Positions 27,546 to 37,306 of a stretch of DNA of 62,693 bases are shown here, in pieces. The stretch is from a virus (lineage: Duplodnaviria > Caudoviricetes): the IMG/VR virus record IMGVR_UViG_3300049259_000169, positions 1 through 62,693 of that record; one strand, written 5' to 3'. Every line of letters begins with the position of its first letter. The first letter of the stretch is position 1. Under the pieces are notes generated by a model that worked only from the letters and a program-made list of their open reading frames with translations, ran no database searches and was not told the origin of the DNA. The translations under genes were made by a program, and so were the position numbers.

Positions 27546-28148
27546 ATGAAGAAGGCACTCATCGTGCTGCTCGTCATCCTCGGGCTGATCATGCTCGGGA
27601 CCACGAGGAGTACCGCCGCGCAGCTGCGGCACACCCCCAGTGGGGGAGCGGACTGCTCCCACGTCTGGGCGCAGGGCACCAGCTACGAGGCGGGCGACAC
27701 CAACACGCTGACCGTCTCGGTCGACGGCGACACCGACACGGTCGACTTCGCGACCGACGGCTACCTGGACATGGCGATCCCCAACGACGGGGTCGAGCAC
27801 ACGTGGTCATGGGCGGTGGATACCACCAACCCGGACCCGGCGTATTCGGACAGCGGGTCCGGCACCATCACGTGCGGCGATCGGCCGGTCACAAGGATCG
27901 CGGTGGTGCGGGTCGGGAAGTACGACTCGTGTGCGTGGCAGGCGGACCTCGTCTACTTCACGCTCCGCCGGCACGTGCACGGCGCCCACATCGCCCAGCC
28001 CACGCACACCAGGTGGGTCGTGACCGCGAAGGCGGACACCGGCTACGTGCTGCACAAGTTCCGGCACGGTGGCCCGCTGGTGAAGCGCATCCGCTGGGTG
28101 CTGCACACCCGCAACCAGCAGCCGTGCGATGGAGGTGGCTCGCAGTGA
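27546..28148 (+). CDS. secreted protein
   Basis: MKKALIVLLVILGL signal peptide; beta-rich body with several Cys. Confidence 0.7.
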   Translation: MKKALIVLLVILGLIMLGTTRSTAAQLRHTPSGGADCSHVWAQGTSYEAGDTNTLTVSVDGDTDTVDFATDGYLDMAIPNDGVEHTWSWAVDTTNPDPAYSDSGSGTITCGDRPVTRIAVVRVGKYDSCAWQADLVYFTLRRHVHGAHIAQPTHTRWVVTAKADTGYVLHKFRHGGPLVKRIRWVLHTRNQQPCDGGGSQ

Positions 28149-28513
28149 ATGCCGCCGCTGACCGGGACCTCGCCGACCTCGCCGTCAACGAGGTGCGGCT
28201 GATCGGCCGGATCTCCCAGGCGCCCGAGGAGAGGGTGCTCCTGGGCGGCGGCATCGTGGTCACGTTCCGGGTGGTGGTGCCTCGCGCTTCCACCCGGAAC
28301 GTGACGCGGCAGACCGTCGACGCGCTCGACTGCCAGGTGAGACGGGGGCCCACGGCGAAGCGGGTCATGGGCTGGCACGCGGACGACGTGGTCGAGGTGT
28401 CGGGCTCGATCCGCCGTGTCTTCATGCGAGCGCGCGGTGCGGTCTTCTCCCGCGTGACGGTCGACGTGACCAAGGGCAAGGTGGTCAAGGCCGCGGTCAC
28501 CTCGTCGCAGTAA
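28145..28513 (+). CDS. second, short SSB (SsbB-like, no acidic tail)
   Basis: NEVRLIGRISQAPEER...VDALDC...DVVEVSGSIRR OB fold. Confidence 0.75.
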   Translation: MNAAADRDLADLAVNEVRLIGRISQAPEERVLLGGGIVVTFRVVVPRASTRNVTRQTVDALDCQVRRGPTAKRVMGWHADDVVEVSGSIRRVFMRARGAVFSRVTVDVTKGKVVKAAVTSSQ

Positions 28514-28544
28514 CCCAGCTGAACCGAACGAACGGAGAGAACGA

Positions 28545-29780
28545 ATGACGATCGCAACGACGGCCCGGAACGCCGGGCTCCAGGATCTGGTCACGATGCT
28601 GCGCGAGCAGCACGTGCGCAAGGTCGACATGGTGGTCCCGGCCAGCGCGCTGCGCTCGGTGGACGGCCAGGTGCAGGTGTCCGGTGTGGAACCGATCCTG
28701 CTCGACGACGGGGTGCAGGAGGCCAACGGCCTCTACGCCCCCACGCAGGTCTTCGACGAGGGGTTGAGCGACAAGCTCGACATCCCGTTGAAGTACGTGC
28801 GCCGGTTGCGGGAGTCGCGACCGGACCTGATGGACGCCAACGTGAACGGCTGGCTGCGCGGCCGGGGCGCGACGATGGAGAAGGGTCCCGACTGGGACGG
28901 GGCGAACCCCGGCGCCGGGTGGGTGGAGAAGACGGTCGCCATCCCCGGCGACTCGCGCTCGTTCATGCTGCGCACCTTCCGGAGTGACGACGACTCCGGC
29001 ATCGCCCGCGCGCTGCTGAGCAACTCCTACTCGATCGTCGACAACCTCGACGTGCTGATGGAGGCGCTCGGTGCGGTGCGCGAGGCAGGTGTGGAGGCGT
29101 ACGTCGACCGGGCGAACCTGACCGAGCGCCGGATGTCGGTGGAGATCGTGGTGCCGGAGATCGAGGTGCTGGCCACCGAGCTGCTGCGCGGGTACCGCAA
29201 CCCGTTCGGCTCGGACTTCGAGCGGTGGCGCGGGATCGCGGACCGGGAGGGCCTGGGCTACGGCGGCGAGGAGCCGGTCGTGTGGGCCGGGTTCAAGATC
29301 ACCAACTCCGAGACCGGTGGTGGTGCGTTCACGATCACCCCGCAGGCCAAGGTCAAGGTGTGCGCGAACGGGCTGACCCTGTCCAACGACGTGGTCCGGG
29401 CGGTGCACCTGGGCGGCCGGCTCGAGACCGGGGTGGTGAACTGGTCGGCGGAGACGCAGCGCCAGAACCTCGAGCTGATCAAGGCCAAGACCCGGGACGC
29501 GGTGGCGACGTTCATCGACATCGACTACATGACGGCGGCCATCGCGAAGATCACCGAGAAGGCGATGGTCGAGGTCGGCTCGGACGAGGTCAAGGTGATC
29601 ACCAAGAGGGCGAAGTTCACCGAGCCCGAGCAGGACATGATCCTCGACTTCTTCATCCGGGGTGGGCAGACCACCCGGGGTGGGATCATGCAGGCGGTGA
29701 CCGCGGCCAGCCAGATGGTCGACGACGCCGACCAGGCGCACGACATGGAGGCCAAGGCGCTGGCGGTGCTGACGGCATGA
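28545..29780 (+). CDS. DUF932-like protein
   Basis: RALLSNSY..VDN, ITNSETG and VCANGL...VHLG motifs. Confidence 0.7.
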   Translation: MTIATTARNAGLQDLVTMLREQHVRKVDMVVPASALRSVDGQVQVSGVEPILLDDGVQEANGLYAPTQVFDEGLSDKLDIPLKYVRRLRESRPDLMDANVNGWLRGRGATMEKGPDWDGANPGAGWVEKTVAIPGDSRSFMLRTFRSDDDSGIARALLSNSYSIVDNLDVLMEALGAVREAGVEAYVDRANLTERRMSVEIVVPEIEVLATELLRGYRNPFGSDFERWRGIADREGLGYGGEEPVVWAGFKITNSETGGGAFTITPQAKVKVCANGLTLSNDVVRAVHLGGRLETGVVNWSAETQRQNLELIKAKTRDAVATFIDIDYMTAAIAKITEKAMVEVGSDEVKVITKRAKFTEPEQDMILDFFIRGGQTTRGGIMQAVTAASQMVDDADQAHDMEAKALAVLTA

Positions 29781-29955
29781 GACTCCGGGTGCACTGGACG
29801 GTGGTCGAGGACCACTCGGCGGAGATCGAGGTGGACGACGACTTCGATCCGGAGCACGACCTCACCGATGAGATCGTGGCCGAGCAGGAGGACGCCCGGT
29901 CCTACCTCCGCACGACGGACCGGACCATCGAGTCCTGGGTGCCCGTCACCTGATC

Positions 29956-29999
29956 GCCCAGGACTGGGGTCGTACGTCAGACCGGCCCCAGTCCTGGGC
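29956..29999 (+). terminator. GC-rich hairpin
   Basis: GCCCAGGACTGGGG/CCCCAGTCCTGGGC directly after a stop codon. Confidence 0.65.
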
Positions 30000-30876
30000 T
30001 CCCACTCACGAATGGAGATGAGATGACTTCACAGGATTGGACGCCGGCGGTCGGCGATCCCGTGGTGTACCGGGCGTTCCCGGGGGCCCAGCCGGAGGAC
30101 GGCGTGATCACGAAGCTGTCGACAGACCCGACCCTGGTGTTCGTGCGCTACGTCGGTCAGCGGCCGGACGCCGCGGGCCAGGCCACCCGGGTCAGGGGCC
30201 TCGAGCTCGCGGGGCCCCGCCGGGTGTAGTCTGCCCGAGCAAGTAAGAGCCCCCGCGGAGCGGTGAACTCCCGGGGGCGTGACCATCAGACCTTGAGGAG
30301 TGATGACGGCGATGCCGATCGTACCGAATGCTGGGCCGCTTGCGAAGCGGTGGTCCTGTGCGTGAGCAGACGTGGTGCTCCGACTGTGCCTCGACGCAGC
30401 ACGTCGAGGACCAGTTCGTCGACGACACCGGCGACTCGCGGGCCACGGTCGAGGAGTACTCGGTGACCGTGCTGTCGTGCGGCCACACCATCGAGCGGAC
30501 CACCCGGACCTACTGGTCGCCGCTCCAACAGGCGGGGCTGCCGCGGTCTGCGTCGCTTCCCGACCCGTTCGAGCTGGAGGGGGAGAGCCGATGATCGCGC
30601 GCGCCGCAACTGGAACAAGCGGCTCAAGGATATCTGCCCGAGCTGCAACCCCCTATCCCGAAGACACGAGGAGGACTGAATGACCACGGACAGAGAGGCG
30701 CTGGCGCGAGACGTCATCGAGCGCATGGATGTAGCCCGGCTACGACTGGATGAGGCCGGGATCCTGATGGACCGAGCGAAGGCCGTGCTGATCGACACCA
30801 TCGCCGAGCACAACGCGGCGCTGGAGGCGCTGGCGGCGATCACCGACGAGGCCGCCACACTGCTGGAGGAGGCACC

Positions 30877-31683
30877 GTGAGCGGCCGGCCGCGGCGAGCA
30901 TTCGGCATCGTGTCCAAGGTGGTGATGCGGACGCCCGGCATCCCGCTGGGGAGCAAGGCGCTGTACGCGTTGCTCTGCTCGTACGCCGATGACGACGGCT
31001 GCTGCCATCCGTCGAACGAGACGCTGGCGGCCGACCTGGGGGTGTCCGAGTCCTCGGTCGCGAGGGGTCTGCGGACGCTGGCGGACTGGAAGCTGATCGT
31101 CCGGGAGGACCGGTTCGTCGAGAACCGGCAGACCACTTCGGTCACTCGGATCACTGATCTGGACGTCGCTGAGATGACTACCCGCCCTGTCACTGACGAC
31201 ACCCCCGAGGGTGGCATGGGTGACAACCCCGGGGGTGTCACTGGTGACAACCAGAACAACACCACCATGAACGGAACCAGTACGAACACACCGTCACCTG
31301 CCGGTGACGAAGGGTCGCAGGACGGACTCTCCAGCGAGGACGAGCTGTTCGAGGACTTCTGGACCCACTACCCGAGGAAGGTCTCGAAGAAGGATGCGAG
31401 GGCGGCGTTCGCGAAGGCGTTGAAGGCCGTCGACTACCTCACCATCCGGGCCGGTCTCGTCGGTGCGATCAAGGCGTGGCGAGCGGAGGGCAAGGTCGTG
31501 GTCGAGAAGGTCGGCGACGACCTCAAGGTCAAGGCCGAGGTCGGCGAACTGGGCAAGGGCATTCCCCATGCTGCGACCTGGCTCAACGGGGAGCGGTGGA
31601 ATGACGAGCACCCGGAGGCCAAGGTGGCCGCCGGACAGAACGGAGAGGATGAGAACGCATGGATGACGCGGAGAGCGGACTGA
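30877..31683 (+). CDS. replication initiator (HTH_36-like plus C-terminal domain)
   Basis: PSNETLAADLGVSESSVARGL; FEDFWTHYPRKVSK..A; HAATWLNGERW. Confidence 0.85.
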   Translation: MSGRPRRAFGIVSKVVMRTPGIPLGSKALYALLCSYADDDGCCHPSNETLAADLGVSESSVARGLRTLADWKLIVREDRFVENRQTTSVTRITDLDVAEMTTRPVTDDTPEGGMGDNPGGVTGDNQNNTTMNGTSTNTPSPAGDEGSQDGLSSEDELFEDFWTHYPRKVSKKDARAAFAKALKAVDYLTIRAGLVGAIKAWRAEGKVVVEKVGDDLKVKAEVGELGKGIPHAATWLNGERWNDEHPEAKVAAGQNGEDENAWMTRRAD

Positions 31684-32219
31684 CCCCGCTCATGGACCCA
31701 ACGCCCGAGCGTTCGCCCGAGTTTGCGCATCCCCACAACCCACCTAAGGAGATGAAGCGCCTCGTGCCGACCTGCGTCTGCGACTTCGCTGACGGGTCGC
31801 ACTGGTGGTCGTGCCCCGACCGGCCGGGTGGGCAGCAGGAGCCGTTCCCTGAGTTTGGAATCGTTGCGCCGATCGGCGGCCGTCATGGCTGACCGTCAGT
31901 CCGAGAGAGACCACCTCGCCGAGGCGCGCCACCTCCACCGTCCTCGCATCGAGGAGGGCGTCGCGCGGTCGTGTGCCGAGGGCGAGTGCGAGCACGAGCA
32001 GTGCCACAACGGCGACGAGCTGATGACCTCCGACTTCAAGGTCTGCGCTCACTGCGTGGAACTGGCCGACCTGAGCGGGCTGCTCGACGAGTTCTGGCCG
32101 AACTGGGTGCTCTGGCCCTGCAAGACGGCCGAGGCGCTGTACGACCAGCCCCGGTTCATTCTGCCGTCCGAAATCCCCACACCGCCCGGAGAAGCCGCCC
32201 AACTGAGAGGGACGACGCC

Positions 32220-32855
32220 ATGAGGAAGCTCGCAGGAACACCGTTCGCCACCGTCAACGTCAACAATCACCGGAAGATGTCCCAGCAGATGGAGTGGATC
32301 GGCCAGATGGTCGACGCGGGAGCGAGGGTGCTCCACATCCAGGAACTGGCCGGCGAGCTGGTGCTGCCGGGCTTCCACGTGGTGCAGCCGCGCCGTGAGA
32401 ACGGCGCGTGGGCCGGGGAGGCGGTGGCGGTCCACCATGACCTCCGCCGGGGCCGTGAGGGGGCTCGACAGACCGCCTGGGCGGCCGATTCGGGGAAGGG
32501 GCACCCGATCAGCGACCGGTTCGCGCCGTGGGTCTGGGTGGACCTCGGTGACGGAAGGCTCACGAAGCTCGTCACCTACCACGGCCCGCCGCGGAACTAC
32601 CCGGCCACGATCGTGTCCAGGTCGGAGGCCGCGCTGCGGGCTGTCACCCGGTGCGCGCGGTTCGAGGTGTCCGGCGACTTCAACAAGACACTGCCGGCGG
32701 CACAGATCGTGGGCGAGCACGTGGCCGGGAACCGGATCGACCTGACGTTCGGGTCGCCCCTGCTCGCACCCACCATGCGGCCCTGGAAAACGATCCGATT
32801 CCCGGACCGCGACGACGACCACGTCGGCGTCATCGCGCTGGCACTGGCGGGGTGA
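32220..32855 (+). CDS. endonuclease/exonuclease/phosphatase (EEP) family protein
   Basis: TVNV, IQE, YH, GDFN, RID and DDH catalytic motifs in order. Confidence 0.75.
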   Translation: MRKLAGTPFATVNVNNHRKMSQQMEWIGQMVDAGARVLHIQELAGELVLPGFHVVQPRRENGAWAGEAVAVHHDLRRGREGARQTAWAADSGKGHPISDRFAPWVWVDLGDGRLTKLVTYHGPPRNYPATIVSRSEAALRAVTRCARFEVSGDFNKTLPAAQIVGEHVAGNRIDLTFGSPLLAPTMRPWKTIRFPDRDDDHVGVIALALAG

Positions 32856-33132
32856 GCGGTGGGCAAGAAGGACGAGGTCCCCAAGCCGGAGGGCTTCGAC
32901 ACCCACCCGCTGGTGGTGTGCATCGACGGACCGAAGGCGGCGTCCTGGTACTTCGAGGACTACGGGTCGGGATCGTGGGCCGAGCAGGTGCGGCTGGCGG
33001 CGCTGGGCCAGACGCCCCGTTCCACGATCCTCGGCTACGTCGACTCGGGGAAGTCGGTGCCGCACCCGCGGTGGCCGGAGGTCAGTGGCAAGGCGCTGGT
33101 GTGGCGTCCCGAGCAGCAGGGAGGAGGAGCGA

Positions 33133-34380
33133 GTGGATCAAACCCATGACGGCGCGGCGGAGAAGGCGGTACTGGCCTGCTGCCTGGGCTCGAAGCTGGC
33201 TCGCGACAGGACCCGCGCCGCACTGTCCGGCGGCGACTTCTACGAACCGCTGCACGAGGAGGTGTGGGACGCCATGAACCGGCTCGACCGTCAGGACATG
33301 GCGGTCGACGGGCCGGCGCTGCTGGCGGTGGTTCCGCAGCACAATCGTCAGCGGGCGGGCCAGTTGCTGGTCGACCTGGTCACCTACCCGGTGTCCGCGG
33401 AGTCGGTGACCACGCACTGCGCCCACGTCCGGCAGTGGGCACAGAAGCGGCGACTGTGGGGGGAGACGCTGCGGGCTCAGCAGGAGATCATGCGCGACAA
33501 CGTCGACATCGTCGGCCTCGCGGCCTCCACGGCGGCGAGGTTCGCGGCCGTCCGAGATGCGGGTGGTGTCGACGACGACATCGAGGCGATGACGCTCGAT
33601 GAGATCATGCTCGAGGTGCCGGAGGACCCGGACTGGGTCATTCCCGGATTCCTGGAACGTGGCGATCGGTTTCTCTTGACCGCCGCCGAGGGCGCGGGCA
33701 AGTCGCACTGGACCCGGCAGGTAGCGATCATGGCGTCCGCGGGCCTCGACCCGTTCCGGCCATGGCGGCACATCCGACCGGTGCGCGGGATGATCATCGA
33801 CTTCGAGAACAGCAAGCGGCAGATCCGGCGCCGGACCGAGGCGACGTACGGCTACGCGGTCAACCACGGCCGCGGAGCAGCGGGCCTGGCGACGGTGCTG
33901 AACATGGGTCGGTCCGACATCACCCAGGACCGGGTGCTGAACAAGATCCACCGCGAGCTCGATGCCTGCCAGCCGGAGGTGCTGGCCATCGGGCCGCTCT
34001 ACAAGATGTCCCCGAAGGCGTTGCAGACCGACGACGAGGCGGGACCGGTGCTGGCAGCACTGGACACCATCCGGGAGCGAGGGATCGCGATCCTGATCGA
34101 GGCGCACGCGGGCCACGTGATGGGCGCCGGACGGAGGCGGGACCTGCGGCCGCGCGGTTCGGCGGCGCTGATGGGCTGGCCGGAGTTCGGCTACGGCATG
34201 ACCCGGGTGGGGGAGAAGTCCGCGGTGCTGACGGCGTGGCGCGGCGACCGTGACGAGCGGACCTTCCCGATGGCGCTGGTGGAGAACGGATGGGGGTGGG
34301 AGGAGGAGCGGGCCACGACCGTGCAGGACGTGTGGCGACCGCGACAGGACTGGACCGATCTGGCGTACGACGAGGAGTGA
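33133..34380 (+). CDS. replicative helicase (DnaB-N-like plus RecA/AAA_25 domain)
   Basis: AEKAVLAC..DFY.PLH; Walker A AEGAGKS; IDFEN; RPRGSA. Confidence 0.85.
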   Translation: MDQTHDGAAEKAVLACCLGSKLARDRTRAALSGGDFYEPLHEEVWDAMNRLDRQDMAVDGPALLAVVPQHNRQRAGQLLVDLVTYPVSAESVTTHCAHVRQWAQKRRLWGETLRAQQEIMRDNVDIVGLAASTAARFAAVRDAGGVDDDIEAMTLDEIMLEVPEDPDWVIPGFLERGDRFLLTAAEGAGKSHWTRQVAIMASAGLDPFRPWRHIRPVRGMIIDFENSKRQIRRRTEATYGYAVNHGRGAAGLATVLNMGRSDITQDRVLNKIHRELDACQPEVLAIGPLYKMSPKALQTDDEAGPVLAALDTIRERGIAILIEAHAGHVMGAGRRRDLRPRGSAALMGWPEFGYGMTRVGEKSAVLTAWRGDRDERTFPMALVENGWGWEEERATTVQDVWRPRQDWTDLAYDEE

Positions 34381-34388
34381 CAGCACGA

Positions 34389-34417
34389 GTGACCCACCGT
34401 GGCAGACCCGGTAGGCT
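34389..34417 (+). promoter_or_regulatory. sigma-A-type promoter
   Basis: GTGACC-N17-TAGGCT, with the palindrome at the same offset as at 17581. Confidence 0.55.
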
Positions 34418-34463
34418 AGGCAAGCCGGTTACCTCGAGTAACCGAACGGAGAACGGAGAACGC

Positions 34464-35063
34464 ATGACCGAGAACGGAACCCCCGAGGCTCAGCCGACCC
34501 GGCTGAGCGCCAACGGCATCACCATCGACGTCGACCTGGGCGCAATCCTCACGGCCGTCGACCCCCGAGGTCGCTATCGCAGCTACGACCCCGACTCTGA
34601 CGAGGACGTCTACGAGGCGTCCTCGCTCGAGCACCAGATCGTGGACGCCTGCGCGGCCCTGTTGGTCAAGTCGCTCCGCAAGGACATCAAGGAGTCGATC
34701 GTGGCGGCCGTCAGACCCACGATCGAGGCCGAGATCGAGGCCATCGTCCGGGAGACCATGAACGCACCGGTCCAGCAGACCTCCGAGTGGGGGAGCCCGG
34801 TCGGGACGGCGGTGCCGCTGCGCGAGCTCATCGGGAAGCAGGTGCAGGACGCGCTCAAGGTGCCCGAGTTGCGCGACGGCTACAGCGCCGGCCGCGGGAA
34901 GACGATGGTCCAGAGGATCATCGACGCGGAGGTCAACATGGCCTTCAAGAAGGAGCTGGCGGCGGTCGTCGCCGAGGCTCGAACCCAGACCCTGGCCGCG
35001 GTGAAGAACTCCGCCGCCGAGGTGCTCACCGAGACCATTGCCCGCGCAACGCGCGGCGTCTGA
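34464..35063 (+). CDS. helical hypothetical protein
   Basis: Double GAACGGAGA upstream. Confidence 0.75.
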   Translation: MTENGTPEAQPTRLSANGITIDVDLGAILTAVDPRGRYRSYDPDSDEDVYEASSLEHQIVDACAALLVKSLRKDIKESIVAAVRPTIEAEIEAIVRETMNAPVQQTSEWGSPVGTAVPLRELIGKQVQDALKVPELRDGYSAGRGKTMVQRIIDAEVNMAFKKELAAVVAEARTQTLAAVKNSAAEVLTETIARATRGV

Positions 35064-35088
35064 TCCACCACCCCGAACGGAGAGAAGG

Positions 35089-35583
35089 ATGACCCACCGC
35101 ATTCCCGAGCAGGTGATCGTGCCCGTCGTGTGGAACGACGTCGAGCACATCTGGGAGCTCGACCATGACGCACTGACGGACGGACCGCTGCGAGTGGCTG
35201 ACAACGCCCACCATGACGACCGCCGGTGCACGCACGACGACCTACACCTCGCGCAGCAGTGCGACGAGATCTGGGGCAGGTCTTCGGCCGCGGACATGCC
35301 CACCGCCGAAGACCTCACTCACATGCTGGGGTTCGCGATGGTGCGGACCACTGCCCGCGTCCACCCGCCGACCGAGGCCGGCTCGTACCGTCCGGCGTCG
35401 CCGGGCCTGGTCGACATGCTCGACGGGGCGATCAAGGACACGGTGCCCACGCTCGAGGACACCTACGTGCGCGGTCTGATCCGGCGGCTGCTGCCGATCT
35501 TCGCCTCGGTCGACGAGAACGGCCACCGGCGCGGTGCCTGGGAGCAGCGGTCCGGCGAGCCGGTCAAGAGCGACTCCTCGTGA
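35089..35583 (+). CDS. hypothetical protein
   Basis: GAACGGAGA upstream. Confidence 0.65.
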   Translation: MTHRIPEQVIVPVVWNDVEHIWELDHDALTDGPLRVADNAHHDDRRCTHDDLHLAQQCDEIWGRSSAADMPTAEDLTHMLGFAMVRTTARVHPPTEAGSYRPASPGLVDMLDGAIKDTVPTLEDTYVRGLIRRLLPIFASVDENGHRRGAWEQRSGEPVKSDSS

Positions 35584-36095
35584 AGCGCTGGGTCAAGGCG
35601 GGGCGGAGTGGGATCGGCGTCACCTCCGTCACCGTGACGTTGCAGGAGGGGATCGCCTCGGCGAAGTGGGCGGTGAAGTCCGCGCCCGGTCACGACCTGA
35701 CTGGCGTCCGCGTCGAGCAGGGCCACGATCTCCTCATCGTCGACCTCGCGACCACACCTGTGCAGGTCCGCGTCGAGCTCCGGAACGTGCCACCTGCCGG
35801 TGACGCCGATGGTTGAGTCAACGCCCGAGACAGCGCAGGTCGAGTGGCAGGTCGCCAGCGACAGCGCGACGGCCCACGTCATCGACCCGAGCAAGCCGTC
35901 GTGGCACAACCCAGACGGCTCACGCCGCCGCAACGGACCCCGCTCACTGTGCGGGCGCTACCCGCAGCGCAACGCCGACGGGACGTGGTGGGAGTGGCCC
36001 GTCGCCGAGACTCGCGCCGACAGCGGACGTGGCTTCGGGATCAACTTCTGTGACGGCTGCGCCGGACTGATCAGTTCACGCGGTGAGGTCGCATC

Positions 36096-36470
36096 GTGAA
36101 CTTGGGGTTCTCGACCCGGGATCGGGCGTTGATCGACATCAGGGACGTCGGCGGGTGTGTGGCCTGTGGCGGCATCGGCCAGGAGAAGCACCATCGTCGA
36201 CGCCGGCGCGAGAACGGCGACGGCAAGGCGCACACTCCGGCCAACGGGATTCTGCTCTGTGGCTGGGGCAACCAGACCGGGTGTCACGGCCGCGTCCACT
36301 CCGATCCCCGATGGGCTAGGCCGAGGGGTTACGTCGTCAGGCCCGGCGTCGATCCTGCGACGGTGCCGGTGTGGCACCACTCGCGCGGGTGGATCATGCT
36401 CGACGAGGACGGCGGCTGGAAGGCTGCGGACGGTGGCGCGGCGATGGAGCGGGGAGGATCGCGCGGATAG
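36096..36470 (+). CDS. HNH endonuclease
   Basis: RD.GGCVAC, HHRR, NGILLC, GCH and H. Confidence 0.8.
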   Translation: MNLGFSTRDRALIDIRDVGGCVACGGIGQEKHHRRRRRENGDGKAHTPANGILLCGWGNQTGCHGRVHSDPRWARPRGYVVRPGVDPATVPVWHHSRGWIMLDEDGGWKAADGGAAMERGGSRG

Positions 36471-36544
36471 TCGACCCTGTCGGCGGTCGGTAGGACACTG
36501 GGTTGCCTGAGTAACCCAGATTCAACGATGAACGGAGATGGAGC

Positions 36545-37306
36545 ATGACGACGACTGAAACGGTTCCTGCGGCCGCCGCGGTGCCCACGGTGTACGAGGC
36601 GTGGGCACGGGTGATGCAGCAGGCGCTGGCGCTCGGCAAGGGACAGCAGTACGACGGCGGCGAGGGCGGTGGCCGGTTCCGCTTTCGCGGCATCGACGAC
36701 GTGATGAACCTCGTGGGCCCGATCCTTCGACTCGAGGGAGTCTCGGTGATCCCGTCGGTGCGGACCGCGAACTACCGGGACGTGATGACCCGGGGCAACA
36801 AGCCGTCGCGGGAGGTGACGGTGCTGGTGGACTATACGATCACCGGTCCGGCCGGCGACACCATGTTCGGCTCCGCCCCCGGCGAGTCGATGGACACCGG
36901 CGACAAGGGCACTGCCAAGGCGATGTCGGTGGCGTTCCGGGTGTTCCTCCTCCAGGCCCTGTGCCTGCCCACCGACGAGCCCGACCCTGACTCGGAGGTC
37001 TTCCAGCGCGCTGCCGGCCCGACCCCGGAGCAGCAGGCCCAGAAGGTCGCCGACGGCCTGCCCGAGTCGGTGTCGTTCGCGCAGGTCGACGGGGTGAAGC
37101 GCTGGGCCGCTGAGCGTGGTCTGCTCGACGTCCCGGTGACCGACCCGGACGGCAACCGACTCGCGCCGCTGCTGGTCCTGCTGAACGCGAAGCTCGATGA
37201 GCACGCAGCCAACGAGCCGGCGATGCAGCAGGCCCGGCAGGCCAACGTGGACAAGGCCCTCGGCGGGGGCGGCGAGCCGACCGCCGATCACACGGAGGCG
37301 AACTGA
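36545..37306 (+). CDS. ERF-family ssDNA-annealing recombinase
   Basis: FRFRGIDDV, GESMDTGDKGTAKAMSVAFR and PT..PDPD. Confidence 0.85.
   Translation: MTTTETVPAAAAVPTVYEAWARVMQQALALGKGQQYDGGEGGGRFRFRGIDDVMNLVGPILRLEGVSVIPSVRTANYRDVMTRGNKPSREVTVLVDYTITGPAGDTMFGSAPGESMDTGDKGTAKAMSVAFRVFLLQALCLPTDEPDPDSEVFQRAAGPTPEQQAQKVADGLPESVSFAQVDGVKRWAAERGLLDVPVTDPDGNRLAPLLVLLNAKLDEHAANEPAMQQARQANVDKALGGGGEPTADHTEAN

Noticed and set aside
28496-28515. Possible 13th palindrome copy GGTCAC-N9-GTAACC
   Set aside because: Only the right half matches and the spacing is wrong, so it was not counted.
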